Positions 57,301-64,000 of a stretch of DNA of 64,000 nucleotides are shown piece by piece. Under the pieces are notes generated by a model. It saw only the letters and a program-made list of their open reading frames with translations, made no database searches and was not told where the DNA came from. The stretch covers positions 36,397 through 100,396 of the forward strand of contig NZ_JZRB01000029.1 of assembly GCF_000964085.1 (NCBI RefSeq). Direction: 5' to 3'. Origin of the DNA: Luteibacter yeojuensis. GTDB lineage: Bacteria > Pseudomonadota > Gammaproteobacteria > Xanthomonadales > Rhodanobacteraceae. The translations under genes and the position numbers were made by a program. Positions within the stretch are counted from its first letter, which is position 1; the number at the start of each line of letters is the position of its first letter.

Positions 57301-57400
57301 CGGACAGGAACCGGTAGCCGAACAGGCCCACGAGCAGCACGGCGAGGGCCAGCAGCGACGTCGCCACCGGCCGGTCGATGAAGAGGCGCGACGGGTTCAC
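54308..57400 (-). CDS. mdtB: RND multidrug efflux permease, MdtB-like, GTG start.
   Basis: 'VNPSRLFIDRPVATSLL'. The GTGA overlap with the mdtA stop argues against the ORF-track Met 15 codons upstream. Confidence 0.75.
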   Translation of the reverse strand: MNPSRLFIDRPVATSLLALAVLLVGLFGYRFLSVSALPEVDFPTIEVATTYPGASPQVVATSITAPLERQLGQMPGLGQMASTSAPGASSITLRFNLDLPLDVAEQEVQAALNAATPLLPPDVAQPPIYRKVNPADAPVMTLALTSPTLPLRTVRELAETRLVPKLSQVGGVGLVGIDGGQQPAVVVQADPIRLRSHDMSLGDVREAIRAANSNQAKGTLEGPERSSAIALNHPVDTVEGFRALVVGHHEGAVVRLGDVARVSDGAEDARVGAWTDGAPAIVLRIRRQPGANVVDVVDRIQRVLPQLKTTLPAAVDVAVVTDRTETVRAAVRDVQVELLFAVVLVVLVIYAFLGGGAATIIPGVVVPLSLIGTFAVMYLAGFSINNLTLMALIVATGFMVDDAIVMIENISRYIEAGETPLAAALAGSRQIAFTIVSLTVSLVAVLIPLLFMGGLVGRLFREFAVTLAVAILISGVVSLTLTPMMCARLLRKPLANAEGHAVPGRRTWVDGILARYERGLAWVLARQPATLLLVGGMTVLAIVLFVVMPRGLFPAQDSGDLQGIAQAAPGVSFQAMGQRQRALAEAIRKDPAVAGVASFIGGTGGAAAPNTGELLVHLKPLSERDRAGAVIRRLDEAARKVGGISLHLQPVPELTLDDRVSRGQYVFSLESADPAQLAAAVPRVVERLGREGALGHVATDQQDRGLQLYVDVDQDLASRYGITAAAVGDALYDAFGQRQVGSLLSLPHPRRVVLEAQPAAGDAASAMNGVYVPGKADDGAATLVPLTSIASVSERTAPLIVTRLDQVPSAMVSFDLAGGTSLGGAMKVVDGARRGMKLPDNVQLRWQGAAEAFAASRQGQAWLILATLITVYIVLGVLYESFIHPLTILSTLPPAAIGALLALLIGGFELDVISLIGVILLIGIVQKNAIMLIDFAIDAQRRQGLSPRDAIVQASLLRFRPIIMTTLAAMVGALPLMLGGGMGAELRHPLGVGVFWGLVVSQLLTLFTTPVIYLAFERVLHARRQGRAAP

Positions 57401-58599
57401 GGGTGGCCGGCGGAGGCGGCCGTGGCGGGGGCGTCGGCGGGGCACGCGATGGCCGCGGCGGGCGCCGGGGCCGCTTCGGCCGCGGCCGTGGCGTTTACCG
57501 GGGTGCCGTTACGCAGGCGGTCCGCGCCTTCGACGACGACCTGCGCACCAGCGGCGAGGCCGGCGCGGATGACGGTGGCCCCGGTATCGCCCGGGCCGGT
57601 TTCGACGGCCACGGTCTTCACGGTCTTGTCGGGCTGCACCACGTAGACAAACGCGCCCTGGGCACCCTGCTGGATGGCCGCGGTGGGCACGAGGACCGCC
57701 GATGGCACGGCCTCCACCACCAGCTTCGCGGTGACGAACTGGTTTGCCAGCAACGTGTTATCGGTGTTTGCGAAACCGGCTTCGAGGCGCACCGTGCCCG
57801 TGGCGGGGTCGACCTGGTTATTGGCGGCGAGCAGCCGGCCGGTGGCCAACGGGCGCGTGGTGTCGTCGCCGTACGCGGCCACCGGGATGCAGGCGCCCTC
57901 GCGCAGGCGGGCCAGTACGTGCGGGGCGTCCTGGACCGATACGGCGAAGGTGACCTTGCTGGGCTGCGACTGCGTGATGGTGGCGATGCCCTGTGCATCA
58001 CCCGGGCCCACGAGGTTGCCCGGGTCGACGCGGCGCAGGCCCACCGTGCCGCTGATGGGCGCGGTGATGCGCGCGCCCGACACCTGCAGGTTGGCCGTGC
58101 CGATGCGGCCCTGCGCGGATTTCACCTCGCCGGCGTACTGCCGCACCAATGCCTGCTGGTCGGCGACGCGCTGGCGCGAGATGGAATCCTGCGTGAGCAG
58201 CGCCTGGTAATGCTTCAAGGTCTCCTGCGCATTGGCCAGCTGGGCCTGGCTGCGGGCCAGGTCGCCGTTGGCCAGTTCCAGCTGCGCCTGCGACGAGCGC
58301 GGGTCGAGTTCGGCCAGCACGTCGCCCTTCTTCACCTGCTGGCCACCCGTGAACGCCACGCGGGTGAGCTCGCCATCCACGCGGCTGCGCACCACCACGC
58401 TGTTCGACGGCACGACGGTGCCCGGCTGCGAGCGCGTCACGTCGAACCGGCCCTCGCGGGCGGCGGCGGTGGTGACGGGCACGGCCTGGGCATCGGCCGC
58501 GCCGCTGGACGCCGAGCGGTGCGTGAGCCACCACGCCAGCGCCGCCACGATGACGACGATGATGACGATGACGCCGGCGCGCGGGGATGCTTTGCTCAT
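57397..58599 (-). CDS. mdtA: RND efflux membrane-fusion protein, MdtA-like.
   Basis: An N-terminal anchor, an HlyD-family coiled-coil and a β-barrel. Confidence 0.75.
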   Translation of the reverse strand: MSKASPRAGVIVIIVVIVAALAWWLTHRSASSGAADAQAVPVTTAAAREGRFDVTRSQPGTVVPSNSVVVRSRVDGELTRVAFTGGQQVKKGDVLAELDPRSSQAQLELANGDLARSQAQLANAQETLKHYQALLTQDSISRQRVADQQALVRQYAGEVKSAQGRIGTANLQVSGARITAPISGTVGLRRVDPGNLVGPGDAQGIATITQSQPSKVTFAVSVQDAPHVLARLREGACIPVAAYGDDTTRPLATGRLLAANNQVDPATGTVRLEAGFANTDNTLLANQFVTAKLVVEAVPSAVLVPTAAIQQGAQGAFVYVVQPDKTVKTVAVETGPGDTGATVIRAGLAAGAQVVVEGADRLRNGTPVNATAAAEAAPAPAAAIACPADAPATAASAGHP

Positions 58600-59800
58600 G
58601 GCAGGGTCTTCTCGTAGACGCGGTAGCGCTTGTAGTCACGGCCGCCGATGGTCTCGACGATGTTCCGCATGCCTTCGTTATCCTCGAGGATCCACGACAG
58701 CTCCACCTGTTCCACGCCGCGCGCGACAAGGTGGTGGCGCACGGCGTCGATGACGAGGAAGGCCAGGCCCGGGCCGAGCGGCGTGTTGTGGAAGGCGCGG
58801 CGGACGCCCATGAGCGGCACGCGCGAGCTCTTGGGGAAACGCTTCTTCAGGCCCCACAGCAGCTTCACCCAGTTGAAGGGCAGCAGCTTGCCGTCGAAAT
58901 CCCGGATCACCTCGTTGACGTTGGGCAGCGCGGCGATGAACGCGGCCGGCTTGCCATCCACCTCGGCGATCTGGATGAGTTCCGGCGCGATGAGCAGCTT
59001 CAGGCTGTGCCCGAGGTCCTTGAACTCGGCCTCGGTGAACGGCACGAAGCCCCAGTTATCGGCCCACGCATCGTTGAAGATCTCGCGCAGCGTGGCCAGC
59101 TCCTCGTCGTAGCGCGAGGCATCCAGCGGGCGCACGCGCACCGGCTGCTTCGAGCTGCGCAGCAGGCGGTCCATGACCTTCGGCGCCGGGAAATCCGGCG
59201 CGATCATGTAGGCCAGCATGTCCTTGGCCTTGGTGAAGCCGTGGCGCTCGATGTGCTTGCCGTAGTACGGCTTGGCGTGGCCCATCATGAACACCGGCGG
59301 CGTGTCGAAGCCATCGACCAGCAGGCCTACCTCATCGTTGATGGAAAGGCTAAGCGGGCCGCGCACGCGCTTGATGCCTTCCTGGCGCAGCCAGCCCTCG
59401 GCCGCTTCGAACAGGGCACCGAAGGTCTCGGCGTTGTCTTCGGCATCGAGCATGCCGAAGAAACCGGTGGCGTCCTCGTAGCGCTCGAGGTGGAGGTAAT
59501 CGATCTGCGCGCTGATGCGCCCCACCGGCGTGTCGCCGCGGTAGGCCACCCAGCCCATCCACCGCGCGTGCTGGAACCAGGGGTTCGTCTTGGCGCCGAG
59601 GTGCAGCCGGCGCTCGAGCAGCAGCGGCGAGACCCATGCCGGGTCGGAACCGAGGATGGCGCCGGGGACTTTCAGGAACGGCCCCAGGCCCGACTTCTTC
59701 GTGACCGGGGTGATACGCAATGGGGCGGGTGTGTTCAAGGCCAGGGTTCCGTGGATAAAGCGGACGACGCAATGACACACAAGTGTAATCAGCGCCGCGC
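58596..59800 (-). CDS. FemAB/GNAT-like acyltransferase (Acetyltransf_6-like) with an uncertain N-terminus. It is the first gene of the mdtABC-OMF operon.
   Basis: '...PLMGVRRAFHNTPLGPGLAFLVIDAVRHH...ELSWILEDNEGM' looks like a GNAT core. ATGA overlap with mdtA. The ORF-track start at 59966 would overlap the divergent gene at 59902. Confidence 0.45.
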
Positions 59801-59901
59801 CGAATTGGTACACCCATGGGTATAGGAAACTCGGGAACCAACGACCACGCCACGCGTTCTCAGCTCCATCGCCACGGAATGCTTCGGCCAGGGAAGGGGT
59901 T

Positions 59902-60585
59902 ATGACGCAACGGGAACGTCGTTTCTCGATCCGCCGCACGGCGGCCATCGCCACCGCCACCGCCATCCACGCCGCCCTCCTGATCGCCCTGCTCCGGCCG
60001 GCCCCTTACCGGATCGACATCGTCCGCCTGGCACGCGAATCGTCCTCGACACTCGCGTTGCGGTTCGTCGCCAGGGCCCGGCCAATCACCGTGCACCCAT
60101 ACCTGCCAGCCAAGGCACCGCACGCGACGACCACGATAGCCAGGTCGCTACGCACGCGGCAGCCCGCGGCCACCAGCGCTGCACCCCCCACGGTGAGTTC
60201 GCTGGCGCCCGCATCGCCATCGGCGCCCGTGCCCATGCCCATGCTCATGCCCATGCGAACGGAGACCGCGCCACCCCTGGGCGACGGCGGCTTCCAGCAG
60301 CGCCTGCAGGCGGCGCAACACGCGGGCGACGTGCGCGGCGTACCCGGCTCCGGCCGCCAGCGCGCACCTGGCCTTGCCCTCGTCGACCCACGCACGCAGG
60401 GCGTGGCTGGCGCGGTGCGGACGTTGCAGCGCCTCTTTGGCGTGAAGGAGAAAGCCTGCGTGGATGTCGACCGTCTCGGCACGTTGACCATCGATGAGCT
60501 GGTCGCACGGCATGTCACGCCGACCGAACTGAAAACCATGGTGGAAAAGTACGGCTGCAACGAGCCGCCCGGCCTGCACTTCTAG
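59902..60585 (+). CDS. Hypothetical membrane-anchored Ala/Pro-rich protein.
   Basis: The RBS GGGAAGGGG, one TM segment, a 'PMPMLMPM' low-complexity stretch and a structured-looking C-terminus. Confidence 0.4.
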   Translation: MTQRERRFSIRRTAAIATATAIHAALLIALLRPAPYRIDIVRLARESSSTLALRFVARARPITVHPYLPAKAPHATTTIARSLRTRQPAATSAAPPTVSSLAPASPSAPVPMPMLMPMRTETAPPLGDGGFQQRLQAAQHAGDVRGVPGSGRQRAPGLALVDPRTQGVAGAVRTLQRLFGVKEKACVDVDRLGTLTIDELVARHVTPTELKTMVEKYGCNEPPGLHF

Positions 60586-60609
60586 GGATCGCGCCCGAAA
60601 TGCGTCACC

Positions 60610-61503
60610 ATGCGCGGCATGAATGACGCCAAAGCCCCAACCGGCGCCCTCGCGGCGCTGGGCGCCACCGTCGTGATCTGGGCCTTCAGCTGGATCGTGA
60701 TGAAGCTCGTGCTTCAGTACGCGGGCCCCTTCGACTTTTCCGCGCTGCGCTACACGCTGGGCGCCGCGGTGTTGTTCGTCGTGCTCGTGGTGACGCGCCG
60801 ACCGCTCGCGCCGCCGCCGCTGGCCGGCACCGTCGTCACCGGCGTGGCGCAGACCGCGGCGTTCCAGGGCCTCGGTCAGTTCGCACTGACCGCCGGCGGT
60901 ACGGGCCACGTGGTGTTGCTCGCGTATGCCATGCCGTTCTGGGCGGTGCTGCTCGCCTGGCTGTTGCTCGGCGAACGGCCACTCCGTCGGCACTGGCTCG
61001 GGCTGGCGCTTGCCGCGGTGGGGCTGACGTGTGTCATCGCCCCGTGGGCCGGCCTCGGCAACCCGGCAAGCACGGCCTATGCCCTGCTCGGCGGCGTCTG
61101 CTGGGCACTCGGCACCGTCACCAGCAAGCGCATGTTCCAGCGCCACCAGCCTGATCCGCTCACCTTCACGGCATGGCAGATGGCGTTCGGCGCCCTGGCG
61201 CTTGCCATCGTCGCGTTCCTCGTGCCGCAGCGGACGATCGCCTGGACGCCCGCGTTCATCGCCGGCCTGGCCTATTCCGTGATCCTCGCAACCAGCGTGG
61301 CCTGGACGTTGTGGCTGCTCGTCGTCCGCAAGTTGCCTACTGCCGTGGCCTCGGTATCGTCGCTGGCCGTGCCGGTGCTGAGCGTGCTGATGGCATGGGT
61401 GGTTCTCGACGAGAAGCCCACGCCCAGCGAGTGGCTGGGCATGGGCTTCATCGTGGCGGGCCTCGTCGCGGTCAGCGGCGTGGTAGTGAAGCGGCGCGCG
61501 TGA
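60610..61503 (+). CDS. DMT-superfamily (EamA) transporter.
   Basis: Ten hydrophobic helices and the duplicated EamA layout. Confidence 0.7.
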   Translation: MRGMNDAKAPTGALAALGATVVIWAFSWIVMKLVLQYAGPFDFSALRYTLGAAVLFVVLVVTRRPLAPPPLAGTVVTGVAQTAAFQGLGQFALTAGGTGHVVLLAYAMPFWAVLLAWLLLGERPLRRHWLGLALAAVGLTCVIAPWAGLGNPASTAYALLGGVCWALGTVTSKRMFQRHQPDPLTFTAWQMAFGALALAIVAFLVPQRTIAWTPAFIAGLAYSVILATSVAWTLWLLVVRKLPTAVASVSSLAVPVLSVLMAWVVLDEKPTPSEWLGMGFIVAGLVAVSGVVVKRRA

Positions 61504-61509
61504 GCTCGA

Positions 61510-62823
61510 TCACGGCGTGGCCGAGCTCACCCGCCACACCGTGTTGCCCACGTCGTCGGCGATCAGCAGCGCGCCGTCCTTGTCGAACACCACGCCCACG
61601 GGCGCGCCATACAGTTCCTTCTCGTCCTTCGAATGGAAGCCGCTGACCAGGGTTTCCGGCTTGCCGACGGGCTTGCCGCCCTGGAACGCGACGAACACCA
61701 CTTCGTAGCCGCTAAGCGGTGACCGGTCCCAGCTGCCGTGCTCGCCGATGAAAGCGCCCTGCTGGTACTTCGCCGGCAACGCGTTCTTCTGCGACAGCAG
61801 CACGCCAAGCGCCGCGACGTGCGACCCGAGGGCGTAATCCGGCCGGATGGCGGATGCCACCTTGGCGGGATCCTGCGGCATGACGCGGGTATCGACGTTC
61901 TGGCCGTAGTAGCTGTAGGGCCAGCCGTAGAACGCGCCCTCCTTCACCGAGGTGAGGTAATCGGGCACCAGGTCGGCGCCGATCTCGTCGCGCTCGTTGG
62001 CGATGGCCCACAGCGTGTTCGTCGTCGCGTCCCACGCCAGGCCCGTGGGGTTGCGGATGCCCGAAGCGAAGATGCGGCTGCCCCGCGAGGCCACGTCCAC
62101 CTCCAGCACGTTCGCGCGGCGGTACTCGATCTCCATGCCGTTCTCGGTGATGTTGCTGTTCGAGCCCACGCCCACGTAGAGCTTGGTGCCATCGGCATTG
62201 GCCTGCAGCGCCTTGGTCCAGTGGTGGTTGACGGTCGATGGCAGGTCGGTGAAGAACGTGCCCGGCGCTTTGATTTCCGTCTCGCCCTCCTGGTAGGGGA
62301 AGGTCACGATGGCATCGGTGTTGGCGACGTAGAGCGTGTTGCCGATCAGCTGGATGCCGAACGGCGAGTGCAGGCCCTGGATGAAGGTGTGCTTCTCCCA
62401 CTCGCCCGCCCCGCCCTTGCGCAGCAGCGTGACCTGGTTGCCACCCTTGGCGCCCTTGCCCGATTCGTTCTTCACCATGCCGGCGATGAGCTGCTTCGGC
62501 GTGGTCACGGCCTCTTCCCCGGGCCCGTTCGATTCCACCACGAGCACGTCGCCATTGGGCAGGGTCAGCAACTGGCGGGGGTGCTTGAGGTCGCCGGCGA
62601 TCTTCTCGATCTTCAGGCCCGGCGCCACGGTGGGCATGGCGCCCTGCTTCCACCCCACGTACTTCGGCACCTGCATCGGCGGTACCAGGAAGCGCTGGGC
62701 CTTGGGCAACGAGGGGTCGCCACCGGATTGCTGGGCGGCGGTCTGTGAGGCCTTCTCGTCGCAGGCGCCCAACAGGGCGGCACAGGCCATGGCGATGGCG
62801 TAACAGGCGAGGCGCTTAGACAT
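61510..62823 (-). CDS. Soluble PQQ-dependent sugar dehydrogenase (sorbosone/glucose dehydrogenase-B family) lipoprotein.
   Basis: The lipobox 'LLGAC' and β-propeller repeats ('GDVLVVESNGPGE', 'GLAWD', 'HVAALG'). The start is at the internal Met, 62823. Confidence 0.7.
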   Translation of the reverse strand: MSKRLACYAIAMACAALLGACDEKASQTAAQQSGGDPSLPKAQRFLVPPMQVPKYVGWKQGAMPTVAPGLKIEKIAGDLKHPRQLLTLPNGDVLVVESNGPGEEAVTTPKQLIAGMVKNESGKGAKGGNQVTLLRKGGAGEWEKHTFIQGLHSPFGIQLIGNTLYVANTDAIVTFPYQEGETEIKAPGTFFTDLPSTVNHHWTKALQANADGTKLYVGVGSNSNITENGMEIEYRRANVLEVDVASRGSRIFASGIRNPTGLAWDATTNTLWAIANERDEIGADLVPDYLTSVKEGAFYGWPYSYYGQNVDTRVMPQDPAKVASAIRPDYALGSHVAALGVLLSQKNALPAKYQQGAFIGEHGSWDRSPLSGYEVVFVAFQGGKPVGKPETLVSGFHSKDEKELYGAPVGVVFDKDGALLIADDVGNTVWRVSSATP

Positions 62824-63259
62824 GGCGGTACTCCCGGCGGGCCGGGAAGCGCACGGCGATGATGACCTGGCCAATGGCGATCAGCAGCACGGTGAGGGCC
62901 GAGAGCCACACACCGCCCGGGATGATGGCGTAGGCGTCCCGGCTGTGCACGAAAGCATTGAGGATGGCGGCCACGATGGCGACGAAGTTCAGCCAGAAGT
63001 CGACGTGGTCGGCGTGGGTGCTGGTGCGCCGGGAGGTAATCCACACCTGGGTGAGGTTGACGAGCCGCGGGATGATGGCGAAAACCAGGCCCATGGCCAC
63101 GAGCCACGCCGCCCCCTTGGCCCACAGGATGGTGCCCGACCTGGCGTAGATGATGTCGAAGACCAGGCCGGCCACGAAGAAGCCGAAGGGTATGGGGTTG
63201 AGCACGCTGTACACAGCGTTGGCCACGGCCGAGCGGCCGGGCGCGACAGGAACGTTCAT
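62816..63259 (-). CDS. Small integral membrane protein, DUF2231-like.
   Basis: The likely start is the Met at 63259 (MNVPVAPGRSAVANAVYSVLNPIPFGFFVAGLVF...), giving four TM helices. Confidence 0.45.
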   Translation of the reverse strand: MNVPVAPGRSAVANAVYSVLNPIPFGFFVAGLVFDIIYARSGTILWAKGAAWLVAMGLVFAIIPRLVNLTQVWITSRRTSTHADHVDFWLNFVAIVAAILNAFVHSRDAYAIIPGGVWLSALTVLLIAIGQVIIAVRFPARREYRHV

Positions 63260-63393
63260 GGGGCGACCTCTCCGTGCGGGCCGCCGGCGGCGGCGCCATC
63301 GGGTTGGTGTAACGCCCGCCATGTGCAGGCTCTGTATGGGCGGCGGGAAGCGCCAGGCCGGGGAAACCGCCAACCCCGTCACACCTTTGGCCG

Positions 63394-63441
63394 TCTATAC
63401 CTCCGAAAAATTCGTATTACAAATTCGTATAGACATACGAA
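63394..63441. promoter_or_regulatory. Overlapping palindromes TCTATAC...GTATAGA and TTCGTAT-AGAC-ATACGAA in the AT-rich promoter region of the second Oar-like TonB-dependent receptor.
   Basis: Read directly. It lies about 175 bp upstream of the ATG at 63616. Confidence 0.35.
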
Positions 63442-63615
63442 CTGGCCTACGGTAAATCTCAATGACGTCTATTTGGATCGTGATAAATAGGCGTTTCCAT
63501 GATGGAGCCGGGGGACGGGAGCCTGAAAGCTCTTACATAACGCATTGCCATGCGAGGGGCGTGGCGATACGGCCCCGTGCTGCCATTTTCCAGGGGTTTT
63601 GCATTCGGGGAACGC

Positions 63616-64000
63616 ATGAAGAAGCACGTTGGCTATAGCACGCTCTGTCGCAGGACCACCCTGGCCGCCGCCGTCCTGGCCGGCCTCGCGACCGCACCGG
63701 CCGCCTTCGCACAGTCCACCACCGGCAACATCAGCGGTACCGTGCCGGCCGGTGCCAACCAGACCATCGTGGTCGAAGGCTCCACCGGCGTCCGCCGTGA
63801 AGTGCAGCCCGATCCGCGTGGTAAGTATTCCGCCTCCAACCTGCCGCTCGGCAGCTACACGGTCACCCTGCTGCGTGACGGCACGGCCGTCGATACCCGC
63901 AAGAACGTGGGCCTGCGCGTGGGCCAGAGCACCGACGTGAGCTTCGACGCGGCCACGGCCAATGCCGGGGATGCCACGTCGCTGTCTGGCGTCACCGTCA
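63616..64000 (+). CDS. Oar-like TonB-dependent receptor. The N-terminus is partial because the gene runs off the window end. It is a paralog of 5563..8622.
   Basis: 'MKKHVGYSTLCRRTTLAAAVLAGLATAPAAFAQSTTGNISGTVPAG...GSYTVTLLRDGTAVDTR' aligns with the N-terminus of the other Oar-like receptor. Confidence 0.7.
   Translation, partial: MKKHVGYSTLCRRTTLAAAVLAGLATAPAAFAQSTTGNISGTVPAGANQTIVVEGSTGVRREVQPDPRGKYSASNLPLGSYTVTLLRDGTAVDTRKNVGLRVGQSTDVSFDAATANAGDATSLSGVTV

Noticed and set aside
59830-59966. The ORF-track N-terminus of the FemAB/GNAT-like gene, starting at 59966.
   Set aside because: It would overlap the divergent gene at 59902 and its RBS. The AT-richer 59790–59890 stretch looks like a shared divergent promoter, so a downstream start is more likely.
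60148-61146. A 332-aa minus-strand ORF.
   Set aside because: It is antisense to the hypothetical gene at 59902 and the EamA gene, with Arg/Gly/His-rich composition.
1-64000. A search for CRISPR arrays, rRNA, tRNA, transposases and integrases.
   Set aside because: I found no regularly spaced direct repeats, no tRNA-like T-arm/acceptor patterns in the ORF-free stretches I read, and no IS or integrase-like ORFs. The low-GC islet at 1680–2960 has no flanking mobility gene in the window.

Overview
This 64 kb window is high-GC (about 68–70%) bacterial chromosome and looks gamma-proteobacterial, Xanthomonadales/Rhodanobacteraceae-like. That call rests on paralogous Oar-like TonB-dependent receptors with a carboxypeptidase-regulatory-like N-terminus, Pseudomonas/Xanthomonas-type REP palindromes, and pervasive ATGA/GTGA translational coupling. 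I found no rRNA, tRNA, CRISPR array, transposase or integrase. The window is gene-dense, with about 50 protein genes, and every functional call below was made by eye from motifs without any database search.

Recognisable content, in order:
- a truncated FdhF/YdeP-type molybdopterin oxidoreductase N-terminus
- a catalase-related haem protein
- a low-GC islet carrying a PTH2-like aminoacyl-tRNA hydrolase next to a decayed HpcH/HpaI-aldolase pseudogene
- two TonB-dependent receptors
- an ArnA-N/ArnD-like formyltransferase and polysaccharide-deacetylase pair, and an α/β-hydrolase
- a sugar isomerase, NupG-like transporter and Gfo/Idh/MocA oxidoreductase operon
- a czcI-CBA heavy-metal efflux operon
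- a flotillin gene
- a LacI regulator with a membrane PQQ dehydrogenase
- an mdtABC-OMF RND efflux operon led by a FemAB/GNAT-like acyltransferase
- an EamA transporter and a soluble PQQ sugar dehydrogenase

Three loci stand out:
1. A SARP/BTAD-type regulator at 11787–12485 followed by five tightly coupled genes at 12647–20654 that encode large proteins with no signal peptide and no homologue I recognise. They include an HExxH metallopeptidase-like protein and a 967-aa three-domain protein (LAS/VanY-type M15 peptidase, GxSxG α/β-hydrolase-like, and GH46 chitosanase/lysozyme-like), making this the best candidate for an undescribed system, possibly a secreted or injected cell-wall-degrading effector module.
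2. A bacterial sphingolipid/ceramide-type lipid cluster at 43592–49918 (FAAL-like acyl-ACP synthetase, CerR-like SDR, ACP, Spt-like α-oxoamine synthase, flippase). It is preceded by three paralogous Tmk/CoaE-like P-loop kinases and an LpxO/OlsC-like hydroxylase.
3. A roughly 800 bp nested, imperfect palindrome at 35750–36545 built from REP-like units, with further REP copies and several perfect operator-like palindromes elsewhere.
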